From positions 310,001-374,000 of the forward strand of contig BCGN01000001.1 of NCBI GenBank assembly GCA_001599295.1: 64,000 bases of DNA, given 5' to 3'. The position numbers and the translations under genes are program-made. The DNA is from Sporopachydermia quercuum (taxonomy: Eukaryota). Of the stretch, positions 11,266 to 23,941 are shown one piece after another (positions within the stretch are counted from its first letter, which is position 1; the number at the start of each line of letters is the position of its first letter). Below the pieces are notes generated by a model that was not told where the DNA came from, did not search any database, and was given only the letters and a program-made list of their open reading frames with translations.

Positions 11266-12122
11266 AAGTAGTCGAATGCTACTATTGTATAGCGTCCTCA
11301 ATTGTAGAACTGCTTGGTGTTTCAAATCCAACAGAGAATTATACAGTATCTTGTAATAGTGTTCTATCCTTTATTGGCTAATAAGTTCTATAGTTGAGTA
11401 GCATATAAAGAGATGTAAACAGATACAAACGGGAAGAAAGAGGAGAAGGAAATCAACGAGTGAGTTTGGTAGATTCACAGAAGGGAAAGATGATTTTTGT
11501 GTTTGTACCTGTGTGCGGTCACTATAATAAAGCGGAGAAGATGCAGAGAAAATTCTGGGGTGATTGTTTCCGGAGTTATAAATGAAATATTTGAAGGTTT
11601 GAGGGGACAATAGAGAGAGACACTTACTTGAACGGATCAACTGTAATATTAACTATAGTAAGACTTAAATTGCACGGGAGTGTATTCGAGATTCAATCCA
11701 TTTTGGAACAATTGGGGAGTATCTCTAGGTCGCTTTAAAACTAGTTAGCCAATCCTTTTTGATTTCAGCAGGGGGATTACAAACAGATGAGAGTTAATAT
11801 AAGGTTGAGACCGCAAAAATCAAATAAGTATTACATAATCAGAAAAGGTATTTTTCAATGAAATCTAATATGATGTAATCAAAAAACCATAACATTGGCA
11901 AACAAAGCCATTAATTGTTACATCATCTACAAATAAATCATGATTCCAAACTATCGTATTTATTTCATAAACGAGCTAGTCTATAACATTCGTACATACT
12001 TTGTTCGTTGTCAAACAATATTGAATACATATATTCATTGCGTTCGAATTTACTATTCATGGTGAACTGTAGACTTTATCTATTAGCACTATTATGTCTC
12101 TCATTCCATTACGTCTAGTCAT

Positions 12123-14945
12123 TCACTTCTTCACTATCAATCCACTGAAATCAACGTTACTTGGAATGACGTTGATAGGTATTCGACAATAGAAATCCAA
12201 GCATTCCATAACAGGAACTCCCCCATAAACTGTTCCAAGTATATCGTTATATACTGGTCGTAATAAGTTGTTCTCCTCGTACTTTTTCATTGTTCCTTCA
12301 CTATTTCTTCTATCATTCACTTCTACCTCTCTTCTGTCATCTTCAGTGTTGTCGCTGTTGTTTTTCTCGGTAGCTGTACCTTCAGGATCTCTTTCACGAG
12401 TTAACAGAACCAAATTTAATCCTAAATACCAATTGAACTTGAAATCCTGCATGCTGAAAGTCGGCGTAGCATTCAATGGAATATTCAAATCCATAGTGAC
12501 CAGTTCTACACCATGGCAAGATACTGATGCTCTGTCATATTCTTTTTTGGTTTTATAGCTGACTTCCCGTGCTGTCCAAAACGGTTCCTCTGAAGTATGA
12601 GTGTTCTCATCTTCGCCAGTACCGCTTGTCGCATTTTCCAATCCCTCATTTTCATCCCGTTCGGATTCACTCTTGCGAATCAGTCCCGGCAAAACATCCT
12701 CTGAGGTCTCCAAACTTAGTACAGCGGTACAACAATCAAATTTGTACTTACTACTGTTCAATTGTAATGATACAGCCACCCGGTCGCCCACACGATAAAA
12801 ATTACGTAGTAGTGTCAATGTGGTAACCTTTGAGCCCATATATGATATCTCAAACTGGTTCTTGCTTGCTGCATAGTAGGGATTGATAGTGGAGTTACTG
12901 GATCTGAGCGTTCTTTTCATTACTAGTTTTTGCATTAGCAACCCGATGTTTTCTTTGACTGTGTTTGTCGGTTTCTTAATGGAATCGTTGTTGCTGTCTT
13001 CCAAAGAATAAGAAGGTCGTGAAATGTCAATAGAACGTGTAGGGCTTAGAGGGTTGTTGGCATTGAGTGCTGGTGACAAAATTTGAGTGTTGGCAGTAGC
13101 AGAACTGGTATTGGTACCATTATTGCTATGATGATGGTCATTAGAAACAGAAGAAGTGTTAGGCGAGCTTTCATTAGGAATTTCTGAACAACCAAGCCAA
13201 AACTTATGACTTGTTTCCGATTCTGCAATGTTTTTACTCCTGTTTCCACTCTTATATCTATCCTTTCCTTCATAGCTTATACTGTAAAACGTTTCAATGT
13301 TTTCTATTAATTCTTTCTTTTCCAACTCCTGCTGCTGATCATTTCCTTCATTTTCAACGATTACTCTGTTTCTACTACTACCACCACCACCTCCTCCTCC
13401 TCCTCCTCCGTGCTTGCTCAAATAACGAAAACTGACATTAGGACCTTCGATAGCCTTCAATACACACTTATCTTTAAGCTGAATTAGTGGTGACTTCAGC
13501 TTATACTGATAAGGATATCCATCAGAGTCCATAAAACCCATGACTCTCAAAGGATATGTTACATAATAAGCTTGAGGCAAATTACTATCAATACTTCTTT
13601 CTGATCCGACGATTAAATCATACGCAATAGAAAGGGCTTTTCCTTGGCTATAAGATGGTGGAAGTACCTTTGGAAGGTCTATTTTATATAGAAAAGATTT
13701 AGACTGACCAGGAGTTAGATTTAGTATGGTGAAAGCTAGAGATCTAGGAGTTGAATAGATGGGAATGATAGAATCCAAGCTGTGCAATTTAAAAAGAGGC
13801 TCGTGATGTCTTGCATGGTTATTTAGATTGTTGGGAAAGACATTGGAGGTCGAATGAGACCCGAAAGCTGATTCCGGGTCAAACCTCATTAGTAGGGACC
13901 CAATTCCTGCCGTGATGTCATGGAAGAAACCTTTGTTGTCATTATTTCCGATTTCTAAGCCGTCAATACCAGCTAAGGTTCCGCCGATTATCGTTGATTT
14001 CTGGATTGGTACCAATTGATCCAGATCTATCAATTCCTTGTCGTGGATGACTAAATAGCCGAACAGCTGCACGTAACCGGAAAGTAAGGTTTCTGTGTTC
14101 GGAATTCGTTCCGAATTAGGTAGGATGTTTTCCTTTTCGGGTTCCCACTTAGGAGAAATTGAAGAGTTGATGCTGTTGTTTTGTGGATCAATAGCAGAAC
14201 TGATAAAAGGGGACTCAATGATTTCATGACCAAGTTCTCGGGATGGGGTGGAAATTTCTTGGGGTATTATTGGTATTGTTTCTCGTTTGAGAGATAGATT
14301 CGGATTTTCTGGTCTGTTTTCGTTTATTGCGGAACCCTTGCCAGTGTTTGAAATATTGCCTCCGTTATTGTCTCCAGTATCTTTTCCAGCTATCTCCGAC
14401 GAGGTCGAGGGTGTACTAGGACCAGAATCCTCTTGTTCCGTGATGTTCTCCAAAAATCGTCCGCGATCTTCCGCTAATCCACATTGACTTACAGAAGCTG
14501 CTACTGAGCTTCCGNCCCGATTTTCTCCGTTAATAGAACTATTCAATTTGTTGTTGTTCAGCTCCCCATACGAAACAGACCGAGACGGTGGGGCCGAAAT
14601 CGTGTTTTCTGCTGAAACACTAGTAATATTAATAGAGTTCACTGAGCCTCGCCGAAGATTTTCTCCACTTTTAGCCATTATCTCCGTTCCGATATTTTCC
14701 TGACTGCTGTTGAAAAGAAACCCTGAACCTAACCCCGGAATCGGATGTCTCGGTATAGCCCCAGTAGGTTTTCGGAGTGTTTTCCCCTGTCCCGAACTCC
14801 CCAAAACTTTCTCTGCATTTCGAAACTTGATTATAGCACATAGAGAGTCACCAGCAAAAACCGGTGTAGACTCAAATATAACTTCCACCCGAATATGAGG
14901 AAATGCCGGAGAAAGCGATTGTGAGTATACTGTATGAGAGATCAT
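12123..14945 (-). CDS. RGP1: Rgp1, subunit of the Ric1-Rgp1 GEF for Ypt6/Rab6
   Basis: N-terminal IRVEVIFESTPVFAGDSLCAIIKFRN, ETLLSGYVQLFG, PIYSTPRSLAF..L.PGQSKSF.Y...LP..LPPSY, IPLNATPTF and C-terminal FYCRIPINVIP. Confidence 0.85.
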   Translation of the reverse strand: MISHTVYSQSLSPAFPHIRVEVIFESTPVFAGDSLCAIIKFRNAEKVLGSSGQGKTLRKPTGAIPRHPIPGLGSGFLFNSSQENIGTEIMAKSGENLRRGSVNSINITSVSAENTISAPPSRSVSYGELNNNKLNSSINGENRXGSSVAASVSQCGLAEDRGRFLENITEQEDSGPSTPSTSSEIAGKDTGDNNGGNISNTGKGSAINENRPENPNLSLKRETIPIIPQEISTPSRELGHEIIESPFISSAIDPQNNSINSSISPKWEPEKENILPNSERIPNTETLLSGYVQLFGYLVIHDKELIDLDQLVPIQKSTIIGGTLAGIDGLEIGNNDNKGFFHDITAGIGSLLMRFDPESAFGSHSTSNVFPNNLNNHARHHEPLFKLHSLDSIIPIYSTPRSLAFTILNLTPGQSKSFLYKIDLPKVLPPSYSQGKALSIAYDLIVGSERSIDSNLPQAYYVTYPLRVMGFMDSDGYPYQYKLKSPLIQLKDKCVLKAIEGPNVSFRYLSKHGGGGGGGGGGSSRNRVIVENEGNDQQQELEKKELIENIETFYSISYEGKDRYKSGNRSKNIAESETSHKFWLGCSEIPNESSPNTSSVSNDHHHSNNGTNTSSATANTQILSPALNANNPLSPTRSIDISRPSYSLEDSNNDSIKKPTNTVKENIGLLMQKLVMKRTLRSSNSTINPYYAASKNQFEISYMGSKVTTLTLLRNFYRVGDRVAVSLQLNSSKYKFDCCTAVLSLETSEDVLPGLIRKSESERDENEGLENATSGTGEDENTHTSEEPFWTAREVSYKTKKEYDRASVSCHGVELVTMDLNIPLNATPTFSMQDFKFNWYLGLNLVLLTRERDPEGTATEKNNSDNTEDDRREVEVNDRRNSEGTMKKYEENNLLRPVYNDILGTVYGGVPVMECLDFYCRIPINVIPSNVDFSGLIVKK

Positions 14946-15468
14946 TGCATTTGCATTTGGGAACAGATTTGTAGTTTTATATTGTTGATTTAATAATCAA
15001 AACTAACAATTCAGGTCAGTTCTCAATTCGAATGCTAAAATATGGGATTTACTGTATAGATAAAAACCATTTGCGTTGACAGTTGAGTATCGAGTTGCTA
15101 CTATAAGAGTAGGTAAGCAATGCAGCTTAGAGAGGGGATAGGGACAACGCAACACGGTGAAAATGTCGCCATAAAAGCCAATTAGACGATATGCCGCGCT
15201 TCGATAGGTTTCAAAGGTAAACTGAATGCAAATGACGTGGAATAATTAGTAAGAGATAGATAATATATGTAATTAACAAGCATTGTTGATAGATTGAAGT
15301 TGAAGCGCAAAGAAAAGGATGAATGTTGGATTTTAGAAAAAGACACACCGGAAATAATAGAAGCATATTGCGGAAACTATATTAAAGTCAATTCTGAGCT
15401 TATGCATAATTCTGCAATCTTGACGTAGGTCTATACATAAGGTTTAGACCTTTAAGAAGCCTAGTTCA

Positions 15469-15475
15469 TTACTAA
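15469..15475 (+). promoter_or_regulatory. Yap1-type response element TTACTAA upstream of the peroxiredoxin gene
   Basis: Exact TTACTAA ~500 bp upstream of the ATG, with a second copy at 15955-15961. The motif is short; plausibility comes from gene function. Confidence 0.4.
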
Positions 15476-15971
15476 GTCTTTCGTTTTTGGGGAAAGACCA
15501 GAACTGGGTATGATGTTCATAAAGACATCTCAACTTCAAAGTAGTAGCTTCCATAAACTTGAGAAACTGGTGTATATGTATCACCAGCTCTAGATCTATA
15601 CACCATAGCCAACTTCTCTCTACTCTATAACTTATTTGGTTTAGCTAATTTTGATTCCCTATTTTCAGATTACGAAATCTTTCTTTTTCTTCTGGCAAAC
15701 CTTCCTTCTTTCTGAATCCGGAAACCTCTTCCCCAAACTTAAAACCTTCTCCATTATTCAAATCTGCCATCGTCTCCTTTGCTACATGGAGCATCGGCTG
15801 ATTACTGATTACTGGTTACAGCTTTGAAAATTCCCAAAGACGAAAGCAAGAAATCTACAATTTCTATACAAATAGACTCTCAACTCACAAGATTTCAACG
15901 TTTCAAGCCGGTTAGTGCTCTTGTTTGTTGTTACTTTAACGAAACTGATCCTGATTACTAAAGACTTCACA

Positions 15972-16499
15972 ATGACTATCAAACCAGGTGATCCATTCCC
16001 TCCAAAAGTAGGATTTTCTTATATTCCTTATAAGGAGAGCGAAGACTCGGTTCTAGCTTGCGGCATACCCAGAAAACTCAGCATGGACTTGTTTTTACCT
16101 GGGAAGAAAGTGATCATTGTTTCTGTGCCAGGTGCTTTCACCCCTACATGCACAGCTAACCATATACCGCCATACGTTGAAAAGCTGGGAAAACTAGTAG
16201 AGAAAGAAGTTGATACTATAATTGTTATATCCAGTAATGATGCCTTTGTTTTGAATGCTTGGGGAAAGGCGTTGAATGCTTTGCAAAAGGAAAAATTCAT
16301 CTTCGCCAGTGATGCCAACGCGGAGTTCTCTGGGAAATTGGGAGATGAGTTTGTAGTCGATGGCTCAGCCCATGGTATGGGAATAAGAACAGCTAGATAT
16401 GCTTTAATTGTCGATAATGGTATTATCATATATGTTGGCCGTGAGACTAAAAGAGAGGTGTCTGTTAGTGGTGTCGATGCTGTTCTTGCTAAGTTGTAA
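15972..16499 (+). CDS. AHP1: Prx5-type peroxiredoxin (Ahp1/Pmp20 family) with PTS1
   Basis: ACGIP, VPGAFTPTCTANHIP, NDAFVLNAW, RYALIVDNG, and C-terminal -AKL peroxisomal signal. The ATG is at 15972; the track start is GTG. Confidence 0.88.
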   Translation: MTIKPGDPFPPKVGFSYIPYKESEDSVLACGIPRKLSMDLFLPGKKVIIVSVPGAFTPTCTANHIPPYVEKLGKLVEKEVDTIIVISSNDAFVLNAWGKALNALQKEKFIFASDANAEFSGKLGDEFVVDGSAHGMGIRTARYALIVDNGIIIYVGRETKREVSVSGVDAVLAKL

Positions 16500-17144
16500 T
16501 TGAAAAAGAGAGAGATTGTTACATGATGATATATGGTCTATCTGCTGCACTTTTTCTGATCAATTAGAAGCAAAACTAGAGATCGTTTAGCATTCCAAAA
16601 AAAAAGAGGAAATGAAGAAATTCGATACTTTAGCAGAAGTTAAATCATTCTATTCAGTTGTTGCTAGTAGGAAACACAACAGTAGGAATTTTGAAAGGCA
16701 TTAGAACCGGAAAATACCAATGTAGCGTACTTAGCATAGTAGTTAGTAAGTTTCATTCAAATACACACATCAGTAAATGAATATTCTATAATCCACAATG
16801 TCTACAATATAACTTGTATCAAATCAGTAATATTTATGGTTCTCTCATAAAAAAAATATTCAAGGGTTTCGAGTAAATATATTAAGTATCAATACTTTAG
16901 GTATTTTTTGCTGGTTATACAATGATGGAACACAATTAGGTATTGCAGAGCTGGATAATTAATCTGACTACCAATTGCAATAACTATTGTTCCCTCCAAA
17001 GGTTTAATTGACCCGTAATAACTCACGACGATCCTTTTTTGACATATTGTACACCATCAAGTTGCCTGGCTATGCAGTATCATATGCCTTCTACCATTGT
17101 TTTTACTATATACAGTAGCTAAGCCATCGATTCTAATTCTAGCT

Positions 17145-18152
17145 CTACGGCCCTATTGGCTTATAATAAGGCTCAATAGCACTTTCACAGTATTCCCAAA
17201 ACCTTTTGGCTCCTCCTTGCTCCATATTTTCTTTAACACTCCTTTTAATAATTCCAAATTGACCCCATGGGATAACGTATCTGCCATTGTCAGCAGGGGT
17301 TATCTCAGGACTTAAGGCAGCAAACAACTCAGTGTATGCTCCATAAATAGCTGGATACATTAAAGTTTTAAAGAGGTAATTGCTGAACCAGCCAAAATAT
17401 CTTCCTAAACTTGTTGCTAAATACCCAGGATGAACAGCTAAACTAACAATATTTGACTCATCATTATGAGCAATTGGCCAATAATACGATTGAAATAAAC
17501 AGCCAACCTTACTCTGAGAGTACAATTCCGTAGGATCATCGTTTCCTTTCTTTTCGCCATTTATATCATCGAAATTGACCCCACCTGATGTTTTGCCCAA
17601 TTGATGAGCTGCTGAGCTTAGCCAGACTATTCTACATGGATAGTTAGATACACTGATATTAGGCTTGAAATCATCAACAGCTTTGAATATGAAAGGATCA
17701 AGATATTTTTGCAATAATTGATGACCTAAACAATTGACACCTAGTTGTAAATCAAATCCCTGTTTAGTCTTTGATCCTTTCGGTGGCATCATAACGCCAG
17801 CATTATGAATAATAATGTGGACTTTTGATTCTAGTTTACTGAATTCATTTATAGCATCAGGAATTGTTGTTAAGTCACTTAAATCTACGTTGATAAAGCC
17901 AATTTCAGCATCTGGAGTTTCTTTTCTGATCTCGTTTATCACATTCAATGATTTTTCTTCATCTCTTGTGAAAATGTACACTCTTGTACCTTTGCTTATA
18001 AGGAGTTTTACAACTTCTTTACCAATGCCAGAATTGCCACCAGTGACAATGGCTATTCTATTGTGAAGATCGGGATAGTTCTCAGGCAAAAAGCTTGGTC
18101 TTTTAGGCCAAAAATGTGAGATTACTTGCCATTGTTCACGGATGTAGTTCAT
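17145..18152 (-). CDS. Classical short-chain dehydrogenase/reductase (retinol-dehydrogenase/WWOX-like)
   Basis: TGGNSGIG, HNAGVM, QLGVNCLGH, catalytic YSQSK, VHPG and GAYTELFAA. First ATG at 18152. Confidence 0.92.
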   Translation of the reverse strand: MNYIREQWQVISHFWPKRPSFLPENYPDLHNRIAIVTGGNSGIGKEVVKLLISKGTRVYIFTRDEEKSLNVINEIRKETPDAEIGFINVDLSDLTTIPDAINEFSKLESKVHIIIHNAGVMMPPKGSKTKQGFDLQLGVNCLGHQLLQKYLDPFIFKAVDDFKPNISVSNYPCRIVWLSSAAHQLGKTSGGVNFDDINGEKKGNDDPTELYSQSKVGCLFQSYYWPIAHNDESNIVSLAVHPGYLATSLGRYFGWFSNYLFKTLMYPAIYGAYTELFAALSPEITPADNGRYVIPWGQFGIIKRSVKENMEQGGAKRFWEYCESAIEPYYKPIGP

Positions 18153-18904
18153 AGCGAAAAGCAATTGACGAAAACGCAGATAGATACTAGCCTGAGAAGA
18201 TACACGTAGGTTGAGACGTCTGTACAGTACTAGTTGATATAACTCAAATCTTAAAAAAGACAAATGATTACCGTTTTTTCAATATGATCTGCCATTCTTT
18301 CTATATGCTTCTATAATTAAAGCGTATCTCCAAGCCATTTTCCTATGCTTCGGGGGTGCCTTGCATCCCTCCAGTTAGAGGAAGAAATGAATGCATCAAA
18401 TGTATGAACATATATGTCGTTGGTTGAATATGCCGAATGAGGTAATGTTTGGAAAAGAAGATAAACTTAAAACTTAGGTTCGAGTTACATATACCAAAGG
18501 GTTAAAGTTAATATTACTCAATTTGGTATAAGTCAAGTGCTTTGAAAGTTTTCAGTTGGAGCGTACTAGCATGGTGGGAACTTGTTGATAGTCGATAGGA
18601 TTAGGGTATGATTATAGAAGTGAAATAAGAAAAAGTTTGGCAAATATCAGAAGGATTGTATAATATCTGAACAGCTTCTTTGTACTTGGGCTGTATTCGT
18701 TTGATATGAGTAATCACTAAAGTTTCAGGCCTTATTGTTCGTTTACTTATACATGTGAGTGTATGGACTGAGATACATATTTACCTTGGTTCAAGTACAT
18801 ACTCTGTGTCAGTCCCAGTGGCTGTACATTTTTCAAAACCTGATGAAGTTGTAAGGTTTTTGATATTATCAACCCACCATTTAGAAGATGCAAGAAGGTT
18901 TTGT

Positions 18905-19260
18905 AGAAGATCATACAATTACTTCGCTACACAAGAGAATATTTGCCAAGTATTCTCAACTGTCTCATTCTTTCATTGAATGTTCTCGACCAATAGATTA
19001 CTCCTGCTANTAGAGATATAAATCTCAGTACCTAAGTATAAGAAAAGAACTTTTCACTCATCGTCCTACTCTTAATTAAGATGAACTCAGATACTTATCT
19101 CAATTACTGGTCTTGGACTGCCGTTTACTGCTTTAATTAAAGAATTGACCAATAGAATGTGACCTAAACATAATCTTAACCCTAAGTGTCCACTAATATA
19201 TGAATCATATGAATAACAATCAATAGGGACTACAATTGTCCGTTGTAACCAGGTAATACA
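18905..19260 (-). mobile_element. Degenerate LINE-like RT fossil, domains 1-3
   Basis: Track ORF 19087..19323 reads WLQRTIVVPI..YDSY-IS..LGHILL..SL. Downstream the minus strand gives FILIKSRTMSEK and IFSCVAK*LYD. Confidence 0.45.
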
Positions 19261-20536
19261 GATCATAAATGCATTGGATTCTTCAGAATGGATGCTTGTC
19301 TTAGCAGAAACAGAAAGCACCAATCAATCAAAAGCTTGAGATTAGTAGTTTCAAATCAAGTCCAGTCCAGATCAGATCAGAGCAGATCCTTGAGCATACT
19401 AAATACTAACTCTTAACCCTCCCTCTTCGGGGCTCCTAATTCTCGACTCGCTCCTAAATCTCCTTCGTACTACTTTTCCACGTCCATATTGGTAACTTCT
19501 TCAATCAGTAATTTTACAGATCATAATGGTTATCTAATATTTTATACATCTTCTTTATTTCATTATTGGTTCTCTCCTTCCTTCCTCCCTTCCTGCCTTT
19601 CCTCTAAATACCATAGAAAAGCTATGGTCGTCATTCCATCCCAATTCGAACAAGAACCTACCACAAGGGACTTTAGGTTTCGTACAATGATCGAGTAGAA
19701 CTTTTTTTTTAAGGTTTTGGGCTAAATACCTGACTAACCATTTCGGGTTATGGCCAACTTAGTTTTACAGTTTTGGCACCTTAAACTAAAACAAAGATTT
19801 CTATGGAAGAATGATGGATGAACAAAAGTATGACGAAGATGAGAATGGAGCCTCCTAAAAGGAAGGTATTCTAAGCATGCGCCAGTAGAGTCGAAAGATG
19901 ATTTCCTACCATGTTGATACTAAGTTTAGTAATAGAAAACCGTAGGATAAAGTATTTTAGCATCTATCTACTGTGAGAGATATGTGGAGAATAGTCCCAA
20001 CTAACTACTAGGGAATATGACCAACATGTACATTGTTACTTGCAACTCAACTATTTATGTTATTGTATTTCAAATACATATGCAGTTTCTAAAGACAGTT
20101 AGGTTCACCAACTGGTTTTACAATAATATGCGAACCTTATTCATTTAACTAATAAACCAATCGCTCAGGCATAGGATAGGATGTTCATCTCTTTTTACCT
20201 TGGAAATCCATATTCATGTCATTAGAATCAATTCCTACAGCCATAAAATATTATCACGTACTTACGAAGTTGGATGGATAAACTAGAACTTCATTCTTCC
20301 GTCAAAATCAATCGTTACAAAATATTATATTAAATTAATTTTTCATTATCCTTTTAATCGTTCTCCCCATTGAAAACGAAACGAACCAATAACCTTAGAT
20401 ATCCTATATAATGACGAAAAAATAAACTCAACAAACTACTGCATTAATGTTGACTTGAGGCTGCGGCTCAATATCACTAGTAACACATAATATGTAGAGT
20501 TGTCTATCCTTAATGTAGTTTAAAGAGAAACCAAAC

Positions 20537-20923
20537 TTACAATAAGTAAGCAGCAACGGCAACAGCACCAGCCAAAGCACCAGGAACGACCTTACCAGCG
20601 GCACCAGTAGCAGTAGGAACAACAGGAGTGGTTTCCTCGGTCTTTTCAGTGGTAACTGGACCAGAAGTAACAGGGCAGACAGTGGTGGTAACAACAGTCT
20701 TAGATAATGTGCAAGGGCAGTCGGTGATGGTCAAGGTGGTAGGACCAGTAACAGTGTAGGTCTTGTTACCCTCAGTTAAAGTAGTTGCTTCAGGGCAGTA
20801 GGTGGTGTACTCAGTGACAACAGTTGGAATAACAGTGGTGTAAGTAGAGGTAGTTTCATTGCTGTAACCAGCGGCAAAAGCGCCAGCAGCGAAGGCAACA
20901 GAGGTAGCGACAGTGAACTTCAT
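20537..20923 (-). CDS. Small GPI-anchored cell-wall mannoprotein (Ccw12/Sed1/ccg-6-like)
   Basis: Signal peptide, NETT glycosylation site, [31 protein letters not shown] repeat unit, hydrophobic GPI tail and strongly biased codons. Confidence 0.92.
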   Translation of the reverse strand: MKFTVATSVAFAAGAFAAGYSNETTSTYTTVIPTVVTEYTTYCPEATTLTEGNKTYTVTGPTTLTITDCPCTLSKTVVTTTVCPVTSGPVTTEKTEETTPVVPTATGAAGKVVPGALAGAVAVAAYLL

Positions 20924-21964
20924 TTTGATTATTTATGATATTTAGTTTATTCGTTGAGATCGAATGTATTAAGCGAATGTAATTATTTGGTTAATGACTA
21001 CGGTTAATGACTAAGATAAATAACGATAAATCATTAGAATGAAGTAGAAGGGAATGAAAAGAAGAAGAGAAGAAAAGGTGGGTTTGGCGCCATATATATA
21101 TTCTTTAGAAAGAACAATTGATTAAATGATGGCTAAAAGAAAATACATTAGTGGACAATTAAACTTCAGCTATAGAAAAGGTTTTCATTATAATCAAGCA
21201 TTCCTCTGCAATGTACTTTAACTTTATTTAAGGCTCCAATTGTGATTGTTTGTTACGTCCCTCTGTTGTACAAAGAATAATAACGACAGAGGTTTTTGAC
21301 CGGCCAACCAATAATTAAGGTTTCCAGGAACAGAATTCTTTAGCTTCGAAAGCCAGGTACAATTTCAAGTCCACATCTAAAAAATATAGTTTAGGAATTC
21401 TTCCCTTTTTCGTATTGAAATGTATCAAACCCGTTCCTTAGCCAGCTTCGATAGTTACTTGTGTCATAGATATCCGAGAAACTATATTGATAGTATAATA
21501 ATAGGAAAAGAAAATATGTATATACCCTAAGTACATCTTTGTTACAAGGTGAGAATTTCAGATAAATAAGTGTCTTAATACAATTTACTCTCCTCTCTTT
21601 TATCGATCAATCTAGTGCCATCAAAAATACTGATATTTTCCAAACAAACGAACTTTATTAAGCATATCCAATCCCAATTTAATCAAACATCCAATTTTCG
21701 TTTTTTTCTATTGAGGATAAAAAATTCTATGCATTCCTAACTTTATTTTAAGCTTTGCCATTCAGTTTCAGTTTCAAGTCTATTTTTAGCCTCTTAGTAC
21801 ATTATTCATTCGCAATATAGATTGGATACGAGTAACATCTACTGTTTTTTATCAGTAACTTATAGGTCCAGTTCGTAAAAGAAAAAAGTACGGCAGTTCA
21901 ATGGAGACCTTCAAAAGCTCGTGAAAGTGAGGTCAAATAATGATGTAAGTCAGTAAACAAATAA

Positions 21965-22115
21965 ATACTGGTTGCAATGAGCAATTGTGATTGATCTGTT
22001 GAGCTTATGCCGCCGTGAGTTGGAGAAGACAGCCGTCGTGACAATGATAGTGGAATATTCTGACGTATATAATTGTCGTCTAACTGATGGCCCCACTAAT
22101 TAGTTTCTATTAATA
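21965..22115 (+). mobile_element. Degenerate LINE-like RT fossil, domains 0-2 (weaker traces continue to ~22730)
   Basis: ILVAMSNCD*SVELMPP (21965), SWR-TAVVTMIVEYSDVYNCR (22018-22079) and N*WP-IS-IN (22082-22114), versus consensus L..LFN.IW.....P.SWKTAVV.MI.K.GD..N..NWRPISL.N. Confidence 0.6.
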
Positions 22116-23575
22116 TCTCACTTCGCTCAATCATAACCTATCATAGTAGGTCAACGGACAACGTACATACTAATACTTCTACATAATGGATATACTGGGT
22201 ATCTATTCATAAAATTTGTTTCATTTCTACTATGTTAAATATTATTCATCAAAACTAAAACAATCTACTGTAATAATCAAACACTATTTCTGCAGCGTTT
22301 GGCGGCTTTTTCTGGAGCAAATTGATTTAATTAAACTCTGACTAAATAAACAACAACCAAAGGACGGATTAGATTCCTGTATGATAGTTCATCGTTTGTT
22401 AAATGTCAATGATTCTTTATGATCATTTACTGATCATTAATCTATTGAAAAAATGTAGATTGGGTGATAATCAAACCGAATTTCAATTCGGTTTCATCCT
22501 ATATATATAAATATCTACAGAAACACCTGTGAACCATTTCATGTATCTCTTTCAGTTTGTTTCACTCATTCAGGCACTTATCAAATTTATGATTTTATTC
22601 TGGCCAATTGTTGGTACCATCTTGATGTAAAAATCAGCATAGTATTTATTATTGGTTGTACTGAATAAAACAAAGAGAATTGAATTCTTGAATCTCTTGT
22701 TCCTATGCATAATATAGTCAGCTTCTGCCTACTGGCACCTGCTCACTATTCATTTAATACTCATAACTTCCTCGTTGATTCCTGTTTCATCCATTGATAT
22801 TCGAACGGTATGTATGAATCACATAGTTTGTCTTTTTCATGATAAGGGAAATTGGACTATAGATTCCATATGCCAATCAAAGGCTCTAACATCATCACTA
22901 TCTATCTATATTATTCAATTCAATTAGTGAATCATTTTATTTATTTTTAAGATTTACTGATTCTTCACTCGAAAAGAGATTAATGAATTTATTCCCAATT
23001 CATTATAGATGTCAAATTCTAATAAGCTGTTGTATTCCAGCAGTAGTAGCTACTTAGTTTGCAGGGTATCTGAAAACTCCAACTTTGAATTTCTAACAAC
23101 GATGGGATTTCTTAGGAAGAAAGTAAACACAACATGCTTCATTTCATATTATGTAACAATGAACCATCATTTGTCTTAATCGTTGAAAAAACATTTTATG
23201 GCGGAAAGATTTGTGGATGTTTATGGCTTCAATTATGTANAAAAAGCATGATTAATAGTAGTTTGGTAGTGATTAGTAAAGGAATAGATAGGTAGAGGAA
23301 CTGGCACAGGACACATCATCTATTCACATAAAGTAATAGAGTCTGAGGGCTTGAGAGACTCAATAACAGAGAAAGATTGTCTATGTAAAGTTAGAAACAG
23401 TAGAAAATGAGTGAAATTATATTACTAATTAGACCTGTGATACTTGAATATATTTATTGATTATCTATCATTGATTATCTACTGAATCAATTAATTGTAA
23501 ACAGTAGATATGTATTCTCTTGAGTAATCGCCTTGAGGTAAGATGGTCAAACAGATCAGCCTTTCCGATTTACAA

Positions 23576-23941
23576 TTGAAATCAAAGGTAATGTTCCCTC
23601 CAGGACAGCAGATCGTACTTGTATTGAATAGTTTTGTTACAACCTCAGAAAATTACCAACTTGCCTACTTTTGCTCTCATATACGCTGCACTGGGTGAAT
23701 GATCCATATGGTAAAATCAATGAGCTACCATGACATTCAAGCAAGCTACTCTTCGAGCTTCTCCTCCTTGACAAACTACGGGAACTATTTGAGACTTGTT
23801 TGAGTCCACACGACGTCTATTGAATTATTCCTCTTCCAGCATTCTGTCATTCCCTTCGTAGTTCCTTTTAGTAATAATAGTAACTAGTTTTCTGGTTTGG
23901 TCCTCTCTCCATTGGAACTTTTTGAAAACCCTTTTTAGCGT
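23576..23941 (+). mobile_element. Degenerate LINE-like RT fossil, domains 0-3
   Basis: One frame gives LKSK..PPG...LAYFCSHIRCTG*MIHMVK..SYHDIQ. Then SKLLFELLLLDKLRELFETCLSPHDVY*IIP (23740-23832) and GLVLSPLELFENPF*R (23894-23941), versus K.FE......L......LSP.Q.GF.P and L.SLDFEKAFDR. Confidence 0.6.

Noticed and set aside
15480..15620. Possible further RT trace (FLGKDQ-TGY, ALDL)
   Set aside because: Too few motifs to call; worth including in the HMM scan.
18765..18830. GGACTGA/TCAGTCC hairpin followed by ACA (H/ACA-like)
   Set aside because: Only a 7-bp stem, with no convincing second hairpin or H box.
19404..19410. TACTAAC branch-point motif
   Set aside because: No nearby 3' AG and no exon structure.
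19980..20125. Possible further RT trace (MWR-IVP-TNY*GI, HQ-TGF)
   Set aside because: Needs several large deletions, so it is below my threshold.
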